Notes under the pieces: generated by a model
The model's database searches: none
The model's input: only the letters and a program-made list of their open reading frames with translations
Told to the model about the DNA's origin: nothing
Position numbers and translations under genes: made by a program
DNA from: Leptogorgia sarmentosa
Taxonomy: Eukaryota
Direction: 5' to 3'
Assembly: GCA_964658305.1 (NCBI GenBank)
Contig: OZ210885.1
Coordinates: 17,546,001 to 17,610,000 of the forward strand
DNA: 64,000 nucleotides
Shown here: positions 10,557-23,937 of the stretch, piece by piece
Numbering within the stretch: the stretch's first letter is position 1
Layout: each line of letters starts with the position of its first letter

Positions 10557-13500
10557 CTTTCAATTATATCGTTAAACGTTAATGGACTTCGGGAACAAAG
10601 GAAAAGGTGGTTATTATTTAATTTTTTGCATCACTCAGAGTTTGACATTGCATTATTGCAAGAGACTCATGCTTGCTCACGTGATGATGCTGTGCTGTGG
10701 AATCGCGAATCGGGGTACAAAGGGTACTGGAGCTTTGGTACTACGACAAGCTGCGGAGTCGGAATTTTGGTACGAGAGGGTTTAAACTTGGAACGCTGCT
10801 CATATCGTTATGATTATGCTGGTCGGGTTGCGTTGTTGGAATTTTCTTATCACGAACAGGACTTTCGGCTGGTTAATTTATATGTGCCGACTGATGGTAG
10901 TCATCGGGTTGAGTTCTTGCAGTCCTTGGATTGTTACTTGGTTACATTAATAATTACTTGTTAATTTGGTGGTAATCCATTGTTAGGGGATACTGGTGCT
11001 AGCCATATCAAGACGTTACTCAGTCGCTATAGATTAGTGGACATCTGGCGAAAACAGCATGAACTGGCTCGTGAATTTACGTGGCGAAATAAATCAGGAA
11101 CTATCCGATGTCGTCTGGATCGATTTTATGTTTCCTCCTCGCTTGTGAACGATTGCGCCATTGAGTCTAGTATTATTCCATACTTGCATTCTGATCACGA
11201 TATTGTCCATCTGCAGCTTCGGCTCAGCGATTCGGGCCATAAGGTTGGTCCTGGTATTTGGAAACTCAATACGTCTTTGCTTTCTCACCAGTCTGTGCGA
11301 GATAAAGTGAGCCGCCTTTGGATGGATTGGAGAAAAAAGAAGTCGCAGTTTGGTAATGTCGGTGAGTGGTGGGATGCTGGTAAAGCAAGAGTTAAATCGT
11401 TGCTTATTTCCTGTAGTCGGAAGATCGCTAAGTCTGCTAATCAGGATCGGGCATCTCTGGTGAATCTGTATCATTCCCTTTTGCGTCAAGCTTCATTATC
11501 GGACAGTGACATTAAACAATTAGATGATGTTAAGGCGCAGTTAGTTGATATGGATAATCGGCGGGTTCAGGGTCATCAGCTTAGGAGTCAAGCCAAATGG
11601 GTAGAAAACCAGTGAGAGAGTGTCGAAATTTTTCTTTCACAAAGAGACGAAAAGAGCCGTTAAGAAAGCATGTGTGGCGCTTAAGACAAAGGACGGCCAA
11701 CGGGTGACTGACCAGTCGGATATTATGCAGGAGCAGGTTCGATTCTATAAAGAATTATATTCTGCAGTCCCTACAGATCGTGCCGCCCAGGATCGGCTGC
11801 TTGATCTGCTCGATAGAAAGCTGTCGAATGAGCAAAGTAACTCCTGTGAAGGTGATTTCTTTGAAGGGGAATGCCTTGCAGCATTAAAGACACTACGTAA
11901 TGGGAAAACGCCAGGGTCAGATGGCCTCCCAAAAGAGTTCTATATGTGCTTTTGGGAGTTGCTAAAGGATGACTTGCTCGAGATGTTGAACAACTGTCTT
12001 TTGGATGGAGTAATGCCAGACACGTTGAGACAGGCCATTATCACATTGCTGTTTAAGAAGAATGATCCGGAATACCTAAAAAACTGGAGGCCTATCTCGC
12101 TGCTGAATGTGGACTACAAAATTCTCACCAAAGTATTGGTTAATCGGGTAAAGCCGGTTATGTCAAGTGTCATGGATTCGGACCAGTGTTGTTCGGTGCC
12201 TGGGAGGTCCAGTGAGGATAATGCAACGATTTTAAGGGACATCACGGATTATCTAGAGGTTCATAAACGGCAGGCATGTGCTTTTCTATCTATGGATCAG
12301 GAAAAAGCTTTTGATTACGTAGACTGGGATTTCTTAGGTCGGGTTTTGGCAAAGATGAACTTTGGGCCTAAATTGAGAGCAATGATCAAGTGTATATATA
12401 CAGATATCCAGAGTGCAATTTTGTCCAATGGATATGTCTCTCCGTCCTTTCAAGTAGCGCGAGGCGTAAGGTAAGGGTGTCCGCTATCCCCGTTGCTGTT
12501 TGTACTGGTGGCCGAGGTGTTTGGGCAGGCGATTCGAAAAAGCTCCGAGATTAGCGGTTTTCGGATTGCAGGAGGTTGTGAGGTAAAAATTTCGCAGTAT
12601 GCAGATGATAATACCTGTATTGTTACCAACTCGTATGGCATTTTAAAAGTGATCGACATTTTTCATGAGTATGGGCGGAATCTCATTTTTCATGAGAAGA
12701 CTCTCCTGGTGTTATTTCGTGGCTAAGCTCGAGTTTGAAGATAGTTGGGTTGTATTTTGGGGATGAAAACGCACATGCAAAGTCCTGGGACGAGGTGACA
12801 GCGAAGTTTAACTCGGTACTAAAGAAATGGGAATCTTGCTTCCTAACTTTGAGGGGGAAAAAACGGTTATTGAAAGTCTTGCTGTGTCCACCATCTGGCA
12901 TGTGGCGAAGGTGTATCCGCCATCCCGAAAAAGTTATCGATACCATCCAGCGATTTGGAAGTTTGTGTGGTCTAAAAAACCTGAGTTGGTGAGGCGAGAA
13001 ACATGTACGTCCGGCTATGCAGCTGGTGGTCTGGGCATTGTGGATGTGGGGTTAAGGAGCAAAGCCCTCCTGATTGGTCGGCTTTTTCGTTTGTTGGACG
13101 CCGATCAGCCAGATTGCACGTGGAAAGAGCTGATGAGATACTACGTAAATCGAATGCTGGGATTTAATGATAACACTCGTCCAAATTGTGACATACCAAC
13201 ACCTTTTTATAGTCACTTTCTTCGTGTTTTGTGTGAGTTTAATGTGGACATTTCTTGTCGTCGGTCATCACATGCGTTCTATGGGGAGAAAAAATCGAAA
13301 TTGTGTCACCCCGGTTCGGGCTCGATGTGAGGACATCTGGAGTTGCCAGCTTGGCCCGGGGTTGAGGTGGAATGAGATTTGGAAAGAAGTCGCGGGAAGC
13401 TGGAATGATCCCCTGCTGCGGGATTTTGATTGGCGAACGGTTCATCGGGTCTTACCAGTTAATGTAAGAATGAGTCAATGGAATTCCCGGATATTGGCAG

Positions 13501-13983
13501 CCTGTGCTTGCTGTGGGGCTCGGGTGGAGACATTGGAGCACACGTTAGTTCACTGTCGGCGGATCGTGAAGTTATGGTCTTTTATATTGACATTATGCAA
13601 TCGGATTGACCCAACGGTGGAAGTTTTCATGGAGAAGAGTATCTTACTTGGTTGTTTTTCGCAAAGGCAAACAAATGATCTATTGCAGTATCTGGTGAGT
13701 GTGGGGAAGTTCGCGGCGTGGAAGCAGCGTGTATCGTACCAATTCAAGATAAAAAATCGACTGTGAACTGTATTTTACAAACTATGTGCGAACCAGGTTG
13801 AAAATGGAACAATATATTTTAAGCATAGAACAATTTGAAGTAAAATGGTGTGTCCGTAGTGTATTAGCGAGAGTAGTGAACAATAAGATACATTTATTGA
13901 TTTAGAACATAGAGTATTCATGTAAATATGTAAATATTTGATTCCCCTTGGCAATTTCTGTCATGTGGGCTTTTATTAAAAAT
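10557..13983 (+). pseudogene. Tx1/L1 LINE ORF2 (AP endonuclease, RT, zinc finger) and 3' end; first codons at 6863-6871
   Basis: SLNVNGL, LLQETH, RLDRFY, SDHD, KTPGSDGLP, NWRPISLLNVDYKIL, DQEKAFD, YADD, CACCGARVETLEHTLVHC. Multiple stops and frameshifts. Ends near ATTAAAAA at about 13983. Confidence 0.9.
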
Positions 13984-14736
13984 CCTTTTCTGATTGCTCA
14001 TCGATCAAGAAGGGTATATTAGAAGTTGTTTCGAAGCTTTTTACTTGAGAGTGTCTGGCAGTATGTACGATACTGTGCAGGCAGGATTAATTAGTGGCGA
14101 TGTGGAAGGTTTGCATAAGATTTATCAAAATCTGATACATCGCGTTAATGCGGCACGCAAGTGTTCGATTGCAGAGTTGGTGTCTGCTATAAACAGCTCA
14201 GAGTCTACGCTCAGCAGAAATTTTTCCGTGGAACATTTTGTCCCCAGTTATGCACATGGACGGGAGAAGAAGTTTTTCACAGCTATAAGGTAAACCTTGA
14301 ATTATTTACAACTAAATTGTAACACGGCTAAAGATGGGTTTGCATCGAATTTATATAATATAAATACCGGATTTGCATATTTGTGCGTATAGTGAATCGG
14401 TCAAGCAAGGTCAATATTATAATGACAATTGAGCAATTTAGATTTTAGACATATCACTAGTTTGTTTGCAAGTTTTAGCTTTTAACTGCATTAAAATTTT
14501 GGGATAATATTATGTGTTAAAAAATGTAAACCTGGAGTATCATAGAAAACCACTGCATGGGTAATTGAACTTTGAAACACAAATCCACATATATACATGT
14601 GTTGGACTGTTACTATAAATAATTATAGTATTAGTAAGTACTAACACACTCTACAGGGTTTATAGTTGAAACTTAAACAGGTGGTTGCTGTTTGTATTTT
14701 AAAAATACTTTAATTACATTTTTCTTTACTTTCTTA

Positions 14737-14931
14737 GACCCAAAACCTCTGGTAATTGCTTCTATATAGCTCTGTATCAATGGTACTGGTAGGTGATAAC
14801 AGTTTGGTAGAGAGTTTAAGAGTTCTTACATCTTTGGAACTGTTTTTTAACTGTGACTATTACCCACAACATCCATGTTTTTTATCTCTTGTAAGTGAAC
14901 ATGGTCAGTTTTTAAAAAATATTGACAATTT
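14737..14931 (+). pseudogene. Vertnin/OTU-like domain exon of the outer hAT transposase (continues at 15495-15513)
   Basis: After a ttag acceptor: KTSGNC then (frameshift) YSSVSMVLVGDNSLVESLRVLTSLELFFNCDYYPQHP. Resembles the GNC..S..L.G......LR...ELF motif of Vertnin/OTU-like domains. Confidence 0.55.
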
Positions 14932-15486
14932 GGCTAGATTATAGAATACCCGTCCACTTTTGAAACTATGACTTGTTATCATGATACGATGATACAAAGT
15001 GAGAATAATGACGTATATATATGTGAGGGTCAGTGTTTACTGTTCGGGTTAGTGTTCAATGTTAGGGTCAGTGTTTACTGTTCGGGTTAGTGTTCATTGT
15101 TAGGGTTAGTGTTCATTGTTAGGGTCAGGCTTTTACTGTTCGGGTTAGTGTTTAATGTGAGGGTTAGTGTTCAATGTTAGGGTCAGTGTTTACTGTTCGG
15201 GTAAGTGTTTACTGTTCGGGTCAGTGTTTATTGTTCGGGTTTCTTGGAAGGGATTAGCTTGCGTCCATGCGTTTTTAACAGAACAGGTTTATTTATCTCG
15301 GATTTACTATATATTACGTCATTAATCTCACTTCGTATCATCGTATCACGAAAAAATATACCTTGCCCAGGAACTTTCAGCTTGCTCGGACTTACTATAT
15401 ATTACGTCATTATTCTCACTTCGTATCATCGTATCATGATAACAAGTCATAGTTTCAAAAGTGGACGGGTATTCTATAATCGCTCC
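14932..15486. mobile_element. Merlin-like MITE with an internal 19-bp minisatellite
   Basis: GG...CC ends, TIR of about 60 bp (GATTATAGAATACCCGTCCACTTTTGAAACTATGACTTG...), perfect 8-bp TSD GACAATTT (14924-14931 / 15487-15494). Excision restores the frame FLKNIDNFLPQSVS. Confidence 0.75.
15022..15240 (+). repeat. 19-bp tandem repeat, about 11 copies
   Basis: Interleaved variants GGGTCAGTGTTTACTGTTC and GGGTTAGTGTTCAATGTTA. Confidence 0.9.
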
Positions 15487-15510
15487 GACAATTTTTTGCC
15501 TCAGTCTGTT

Positions 15511-18500
15511 TCAAGAGAGAGTTTGGATTAGGTTAGTGCATAGAAAAATGAATTTAGCGAGCAGGTTGATAAGAGCTGCATCATCTGAAGACATTGCATG
15601 TTCGAATAATTTTTGTTTTGTTTCCCAAGTGTTTCCGGGTTGCAAGTATTGTTTGAGAATATTGTTTGAGTTGGTTCTCAAAGCTTCATATTTTTGACAT
15701 TTTAACGCAAAGTGATATTCGTTTTCAACTTCACTGGAGTTACAAAATTTGCAGATACGTTGCTCTTGTGGAATGTTTTCGTATCTTCCACGTTCGATTT
15801 GCAAATTATGATTGCTGACTCTGTATCGAGAGAGTGTGCTTCTTATTTTAGGATTTTTGATAATGGATAAATATTCTTCCATTTTGTACTCTTTTTTAAA
15901 TGTACAAAAGAAAGAGAGTATGGAGGAGTTGGTTATTTTGTGTCGCCAATGTTCGAAATATTTATCTTTCATTTTATTTACGATGTGTGTTGTATTGTAG
16001 TTAAGGAGATCGTCTTCAAAGTTTGTTGTGTTCTCGTAATATGGTTTCAGCATGTCTATTGTGTTGGTATAGAAAGATTCCTTTCCTTTTATGTATAATT
16101 GTTTGGACATTATAAAGGATTGTTTCAAGATTGTGTTGTCGTCCTCTAGTTGAAGAATACGTTTGAAATAGTTTATTATATTTTTCCTGATTGTTAGTAG
16201 TAATGGGTACTTTCCAAGTTCACTTCTGCATGCTATATTGCTTGCTTTTCTGTTAACACCCAAATATAGCTTGCAGAATCTCAGGTGAACTTTTTCAGTT
16301 TGTGAATTATCCCATTTATTTAGGTCGTTTTTCTCATAGGCGCCCCATATTTCTGAATTATATAGAAGGATGGGTGTAATGATCGAGTCAAAAATTTTTG
16401 TAGCGATTTTTGGTGAGAGCTTGTGAAAGTCTAGGTTTTTACGGATTTTAAATAACGCATGTAGAGCTTTTTCACTTAGTTGTTGCTGTGCGAGTGAAAA
16501 TTTACCATTGGGTGTAAGTTTTAGGCCAAGGTACGTATATTCTTGTACTATGTCTAAATTCTTACTGCCAATATGAAAGTGTAGGTTTTGTATTTTCGAT
16601 TGATGTTTTTGGAAAATCATAATTTTGGTCTTTTTTGTATTGACTTCCATCATCCATTTGTTGCACCAGTCGTGTAGTTGGTTTAAACAATTTTGGAGGC
16701 CTGATTTTGATCGTGAGATTATGATGAGATCATCAGCATATAGAAGACTGTTAATAGTTGTTCCATTGGGGAGTAAGAAAGGGTCGGATTGTGTTTTTTC
16801 AAATAGTTTTGGGAGTTCGTTTATATAGATATTGAAAAGCAAGGGGCTTAAAATGCATCCTTGTCTGACTCCTTTTTTGTAGGGGAAAAAAGGGGTTCGG
16901 TTTTCGGATAGCTTTATTGCACATTTTGTGTTTGAGTAGAGATCTTTAATTAGATCATAGAAGTGTCCTCCGATGTTATTTTTTAGGAGTTGGTAGAATA
17001 GACCTTGTTGCCAGACAGAGTCAAAGGCTTTTTTGAAGTCTACAAAACATGCATACATTTTTTGTTTTTCATTTTGTTTGATGTAGTTATCATGTAGAGT
17101 TTTCAATGTTAAAATATGATCGGCTGTTCTGTTTTTTGGCATAAATCCGATTTGTGTTGGGTGAATTATTTTCTTCGTGTTTACGAAATTCATTAGTCTA
17201 TCATTCAATATTGAACAGAATAGTTTGCCTAAGCAGCTTGAGACACAAATACCTCGGTAATTATTAGGATCAAGGGTATTTCCCGATTTGTGTATCGGGG
17301 ATATTAATCCCTCGGCCCATAATTCTGGAAATTTTCCTAGCGATAGAATTTTGTTAAAAAGTTTTAGGAAGGCTTTAGAGAGTGTATTGATGCTACACTT
17401 AATCATTTCGTTACTAATTTTGTCGTTATATATAGCCTTTTTTGATTTTAATTTTTTTGTAGCTTTGAGTAGTTCGTCTTCTGTGATGATCTCATCGAGT
17501 TCGTTCAATTTGTCTTTGGTTTTTCATGATTTTTTAGGTCTTCAAGAATTTTTTGTTGGTTTTGGTGTAGTTTGTGTTCTGAGTGAAGAGTTTCGAAATG
17601 TGTTATCCATTCATTTGGTTGTGGGCTGTTCTTGTTTTCTTTTACGTTTGTGTCAAGATCTTCACCGATGTTTTGTAATGTTTTCCAAAACGTTAGTGGA
17701 TCATTGCTGGCATTTTCAATTTATTGAAGTGAAAATTTCTCTTTTTTATTGCTAGAGTGTTCTTATAATCTTTTAAAGTGGTATGGTATGAGTTTCTAAT
17801 TTCGGTATTTGTTGGGTCTCTATGTTTGAGATTTGCAAGTTTTCATAAATTGTGTCTTTTAAGTCTGCACTCTTTGTCAAACCATTTTTTGTTCGTAACA
17901 TTGTTTATTTTGGATCTATATTTCTTCCTTTTAAGTTTTAGAGATTTTTTGGATGCAAGGTTTATGATGTTTTGAAATTCGTTGACATAGTCATGAACGT
18001 TTTCTTCATTGGAACTAGAGTCATTTTCAAGAAATTTGTTTAGTTTTTCTTGTATTTCATCTGATTTTAATGTTGTTTTGAAATTTTTGCTTGCTTCATG
18101 GTCCCAAATATATTGTAGTGGCAATTTTATTGTTTGGGATTGTGGAGGGTGGTCATTAGTGGTGTTGTCAGTTTTGTATAAGTTGATCCAAGCTATAACT
18201 TGGCTATGGTCTGAGAGGTAGGTGGGAGATTTGACCACCAAGTGTTTGACCTTAGGTATTAGCTTCTGGTCGCAAATAATATAATCTACTAGACTAGTTC
18301 CATTTTTACCATGAAAAGTTGGTCTTCCTAGAGAGTCGCCTATTGTTCGGCCATTTAAAATTCTTATGTCAGTGGTTTTGCAAATTTCTATGACTTTTTT
18401 ACCATGGTTGTTAGTTATTGGGTCAAAATTTTGTCTCTCCAGTGGTTGAAAAGAATTATCACTTGTGTCTTGAATGTGATTACTTCCATTATTTGAAGCA

Positions 18501-18997
18501 AAATCATCAAGTTTGTTTGTCCTAGCATTCAAATCTCCAAGTAGGATTATATTTGCTTTTGATGAGAAATGGGTGATATCATTTTCAATTTCATCAAAAA
18601 TTTCATTTTCAAAATATTTTGATTTTTCAGGTGGTATGTATGTACCACATATATAAAGGTCTAGGTCAGTGTTTAATATTTCTTTGGAGATTTTGCTCCA
18701 TAGGAAATTTTTTGTGTTTTTGATAATGCTTACATGATTTCTGAATTTTCTTTTGAATAAAAGACTAATGCCACCTGATTGTCGGCATGCTTGATTGGTA
18801 GCTGGTTTAGCCAACTTGGAGTTAATTGTTTCAAATCCTGGAATGTTGGGGCATGTTTTTGTCCATGTTTCAGTTAAAAATATGAAATCAGTATTAGAAA
18901 TAGAGTCAACAAAATCCTTGTTTTTTGTTTTGTCTCCAAGGGTTTTGTTGAATATACCATTTATATTCCAAGTGCTAAAAGATATTCCTGTATTCAT
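15511..18997 (-). pseudogene. RTEX-like non-LTR retrotransposon ORF2 (APE + RT + C-terminal CCHC), frameshifted at about 17500-17840
   Basis: STWNING, LTETW, GDLNART, VDYII, SDH; NYRGI, FVDFKKAFDSV, GVRQGCILSPLLFNIYIN, LLYADD; SNHNLQIERGRY...RICKFC...ENEYHF..C. Confidence 0.85.
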
Positions 18998-19106
18998 AAT
19001 ATATTACTAATTTGATAGATTGTGCTGGAGATAACAACTCATTAAATATATATAAAGAACTACTTATTAGATATAGTAAAAAAGAACAAACAAAACTTAC
19101 GGTTCA

Positions 19107-21054
19107 TCACATAGTGATATATCCAGTTAGTTGTTTCAATAATCCGATGAGTTGAGGTGGTAGGCTGTCATTTGGGTCTTGGTGGGGTAAGGATGGTGGT
19201 GGGGAGACTTTTTTGTTTGGATGTTGAGTGCCTCTGGGGGTTGTTGAATTGGGAATGGGATTGAATGGTGGTTTAGAGGGGTTAAATGTTGGTTGAATGG
19301 GGTTAAATGGTGGTTGTATGAGGTTGAATGGAGGTTGGATTAAGGGGTTATATGGTGGTTGAATGGGGGTAAATGATGATTGGGTAGGGTTGAATATTGG
19401 TTGAGTGGGGTTAAATGGAGGTTTCAGGTTGTTGTAGCCAGGATTAAGAGGGGTCTTGCCATATGGTTTGTGTGTTGGGTTCCATTTCTGTTCTTCTTGG
19501 TGTTGTTTGGAAATATGCAGCCTTGAGGTTTTTTGCAAATTTTTTAACACCTTTGGTATTTAAATGTTTTTTGTCGTATAGATCATCATTGGAGATATTT
19601 GTATGTTCAATGAAAGTGGTGTTTGGTTTTGTTGAAATTTGATGTTTCAATTCTCTGTTGGTGCTTGTGACTTTTGGGTTGAGCTCATCTTGTCTTGGTA
19701 ACAGTGAGGATACCAGGATTCTGCAGTTTGGGTGCTTTTTGTTGATATGGTTAATAATTTCTGTGGTTTCTTTTATGACATCTTTTTCCGGGTTTTCTAA
19801 GTCATTTGTTCCACAGTGTAGGATTATATTTTTTGGGTTTTGGAGGTTAGAGCTATCAATTCTTCGTTTCGTTTCAGATAAGGTTGGGGAGGGTATGTAT
19901 CTGGTTGGTGAATCTGGACAGAGTTGCTTTGGTTTTAGGTGTCTACCATTGCTGTCGCAGATTATTATGGTCTCCTTCGTAGTTGTTTCGTGTTTCATAG
20001 TGGTAGGAGGGTGTTCTGGGTTGGTGATAGGTGGGTGATCTGGGTTAGTGATAGGTGGGTGATCTTGATCAGCGGTAGTGCTGGTTTGTTGTTCTGTTTG
20101 TAATTCGTTTTCTTGGGTGGTAGTAGTAGTTGGTGGTTCATCCTGGAGGATATCGAAGGGGTTTGAAGTCTGGACACCAAATTCCGTGATCATGGTTTGT
20201 GGGGTGTCCTCGGCCCAGGATTGTTTTTCTTTCAGCTGGTTTTCTGTTTTTAAGATTGATTTTTGTAGCCTACAGTTTTGGTCTTCCAATTTCTTACATC
20301 TCTTGTTGAAGAGGGCCATAGTTTCTTCCATTGTTGTGATTTTAAGAACCAGATCGCTTATGAATTGTTGTTTTGTCTCCTCAGATTTTTTTATGGTGAC
20401 TATTTCTTCGTCCTTCGCTTCAAGAGATTTTGAAAGCTCAGTGATTGTTTGTTCTGTCTTTTCTTTATGTAATATGGATTCAGCCTCAACGTTGGCGAGT
20501 TGTAACTTTATTTGCGAGAATGTCTTATCGCGAGAGGAGTTTGGGCTGATAGGACTCGAGTAATCTCCTTTGTATTTCTTCTGAATAATGTCTTTAAATG
20601 CTGTTGTGTTGTCGTATTTCCACGTGTCACACGATGCGTTGACCATATCGAGCACAATTTGGAATTCTATTTCCGACCACTCTTTATATAGTCGGCCTTG
20701 GGCTTTCATTCGGCCAGCTGTTACATTTATCGTTATCGATAGAACATTCTCGTTTTCTTTGTTAGTAAATGTAAGGATGATTTTGTCGCATTTTGCCGGG
20801 TCTTCAGGGTTTTCTATCTCTTGCCAACTCGTGTTAATTTCCGTTTCGTTGAAATTTTTGTTTTCGATATATCGCGAGTATAAAGCCTTGATCCATATAG
20901 GAAGGCGCTTTTCAGTTGTCGAATAGTTTATTTGGCTTGTTTTGTAGATATTGAAGTCTATTTCTTCAAAAGGTACCCGCTTCGTGTTTTTTTTCTTGAA
21001 AGATTCAATTTCGTATCGCTTTAGTGTCGTATCGATTGATGTTGTTGTTAGCAT
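19107..21054 (-). pseudogene. RTEX-like ORF1: coiled coil, SGNH esterase, Pro-rich (PPFNPIQ)n tail in a shifted frame
   Basis: IICDSNGRHL, ILHCGTNDL and DKKHLN are the SGNH/GDSL blocks. The element 5' end (GATGGCGGATG on the minus strand) is near 21239. Confidence 0.8.
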
Positions 21055-21240
21055 TTTGGCTTCTGTCGTCCAGAATTCGGTAATTTCTTAAAAGTTTTCT
21101 TGAAAAAGTGTTTCAATGTGTTTCAGGTCTTTATATTTATTTAAGGATGATGTTATTCCAGCAGATTCTATCAATGTTAGCCTTAGAGATCGCTTTTACT
21201 CAGGAGCTTCATAACACGTGTGTTGTGACATCCGCCATCG

Positions 21241-23073
21241 GGATGTTATTCACCTTCAAAAGATGGTGCATATTGCCTTTCCTGTATTTTATTTGGTGAT
21301 CGATTTTCAGGTAAGGCAAGTAAGTTGAAAAACTTATTTTCTTTCGTCGTTGGAACGATGCTTCAACCTCCTTTAAACGATGGAGAAATGGGCTTGCATG
21401 CTTGAGTGGTTTTTCCAGTGGCAATGTTGGTAACTTTGTTGAAGCTTTAAATTTTCGAGTCTGTGGTGGAGATGAAGTTTTTAAGGACCACCTAACCAGT
21501 TGTGGCAAGAACAAAAGTTACATCTCAAAAACCAGTCAAAACAAAATCATTCGTTGTTGTGGGGAGGTAATCCGTGATCAGCTGATCAATGAAATAAAAG
21601 AAAGTAAGTTTTATTCAATTTTGCTGATGAGGCCAAAGATTCTTCTCACAAAGAGCAGATGTCACTTGTTTTGCGTTTTGTGGACAGTAATTGCAATATA
21701 AGAGAGGAATTCATTGCCTTTTTGAACTGTAAGTGGGGGTTGAGTGGTGCACAACTAGCAAAATTATTATTAGAATCTTTAAATGAACTAACTTTGTCTC
21801 TTGAAGATTGTAGAGGGCAAGGCTATGATGGAGCTGGTGCTGTTGCAGGGCATATAAATGGTTTGTCTGCACAAATATTAAGGTTAAATAAGAAAGCACT
21901 TTATACCCATTGCTACAGCCACAGACTTAATTTAGCTGTGTGTGATTCTATTAGTATACCTGAAGTAACAAAGATGTTAAAATTAGTTAAAGATTTGTCT
22001 CATTTTGTTAATGTGTACCAGACATGTGATATTCCTTTTGAAAAAAATATCAAAGCTTTTAGTTCTGGTACAGAATCAAGGAAGACCAAATTAGTCGATG
22101 TTTGCCGAACTAGATGGGTTGATCGTGTTCAGGGCTTGGATACATTTCAAGAACTTTTTGTGCCATTATTTCGTAAACTGGAGGAAATGAATGAGAACGA
22201 AAATTGTGAGTATGTTCCTGCCCTCGTTGCTGAAGCATCCTCTTGCTTAGGAAATGTATCAAGATTTGATTTCATTGCAACATTAGTTATTACTAGACAT
22301 CTTTTAGATTCCACTCTTTCAGTAACCCAGTTGATGCAAGGTAAGTCTATTGACATAATGGATGGAATACATCTTATCACTACTCTAAAGAACTCTGTGG
22401 TGAAGATGAGAAACTCAGTTGATCAGATGCATAATGCTTGGTATGATGAAGCATTACAACTGGCAAATGAAGTTGGTGTTGAGGAGTCAAAACCTCATCC
22501 AACCCCAAGGAACAAACCCTCCAAAATTGTCTCGGGTTATTACAAAATTTATGTAACAATTCCATTACTTGACCATCTCCAATCTTCTTTAGATACAAGA
22601 TTCAATCTTGAAAGTATTAATGTGTACAAAGGTTTGAGCATTGTTCCGGCAAAGATGCTGTCTTTGACCGAGAAAGGGGTTGATTGGAAGGAGCAGTTTA
22701 AAACTGCTTCAAACTTTTATTATGATGATTTGCCAAATCCTTTAGCTTTGGATGCTGAACTGTTCCAGTGGCAAACATATTGGGAGACTTTTTTAGGGCC
22801 ACATCCTGACAACATAGCCACAACATTAAAAGCTATTTGTTTTGAAGGTTTCGAAAATATTAAAGTACTTCTTCGTATTTTAGGAACACTTCATGTGAAT
22901 ATGAAAGATCTATTTCTGCCCTTAGATCTCTCAAGAACTACAAACGTAGCACGATGGTTGAGGAACGTTTGAATGGCCTTGCCTTAATGCAGATTCATCG
23001 AGAGATCATTCCTGATTTTGAAAAGATTATTGACAAATTTGCTGATGACAACACAAGATTAAAGTTCAACTGA
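21241..23073 (+). pseudogene. hAT transposase (TTF-type zinc finger, DUF4371, catalytic and dimerisation domains) of the outer element
   Basis: YSPSKDGAYCLSC, YISKTSQN, ADEAKDSSHKEQMSLVLRFVD, RGQGYDGAGAVAG, HCYSHRLNL, CRTRWVDR, and a C-terminal YKRSTMVEERLNGLALMQIHR in a shifted frame. Confidence 0.9.
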
Positions 23074-23900
23074 ACGACAAGTTACCATCACTACTTTGCA
23101 TTTAATTACTATTACTTCAATATGTTCACAAATATCATCTTGCTTTTCTTTCCACAATATATACTATATACTTCTTTGTCATTCTTTCCACAACTAACTT
23201 GGAGGTGGTTAGGACTTTATGCCATTATTTCTACAGAATGTATCAATTTCTGTAGGTGGTTGTACCACAATAGCATTATAGCACAGTATACGTCTTTTTT
23301 TCAAACTAAGAGTCAGGATATCAAATGTAGCTAATCTTAATATTTTCTAAAAGTTTAGACTTTAGAATATTACCATAAATCAGTGAGGTTAAAACGCATG
23401 TAATATAGTAAATATACACCTACAATTACATGCAGTCTGCAGTCATACACAAGAAATCAAGAATGACAAGACGTTTGCCATTTTTGGCCAATGAGCATTA
23501 TGTTACATACAATTACAAAACCTTACTGAACACTTGAGCCCTTGAGGCATTTGTTTCACATTACGATCACACTTGATGTTTGTGATTTGTGAACATAAAG
23601 AAGATAGTTGTAAAACAGACGGCCAGTGTAGGCAGTGACGAACGAGGTAACGAAATACCAAACAGCAGATGGTATAGCAGGTCGCACTACTGAAATACAC
23701 AGAAAAAACCGGCCTCTGTTTGTGCTTGCAGTAAAATTGTTTATGAATTACATTTATTGCACTTGCACAAGATTTTTGCTATTGTTGCAAACATATCTTC
23801 TTAAAACCTGATATTAAGACGTCTGGTATAGTAAGGCAGTAAGGTGCATACATTATGTTGTAATAATATATGGCATCAAGTCATTAACGAATGTTTCCTA

Positions 23901-23937
23901 GGCATGCTGATGAGCTCTGATATGGAGCGAAACAGCT
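23901..23937 (+). ncRNA. Truncated hammerhead-ribozyme core (Penelope/retrozyme-type remnant)
   Basis: CATG-CTGATGA-GCTC-TGATATG-GAGC-GAAACAGCT: both conserved boxes and a paired stem II. The downstream GTC cleavage triplet and the stem I 3' arm are absent. Confidence 0.55.

Noticed and set aside
15022..15240. CRISPR array or interstitial telomere
   Set aside because: Units are contiguous with no unique spacers, no cas genes are present, and the period is 19 bp rather than (TTAGGG)n.
16625..20926. Plus-strand hydrophobic ORFs opposite the RTEX element
   Set aside because: Antisense shadows of A-rich LINE coding sequence with no independent motifs.
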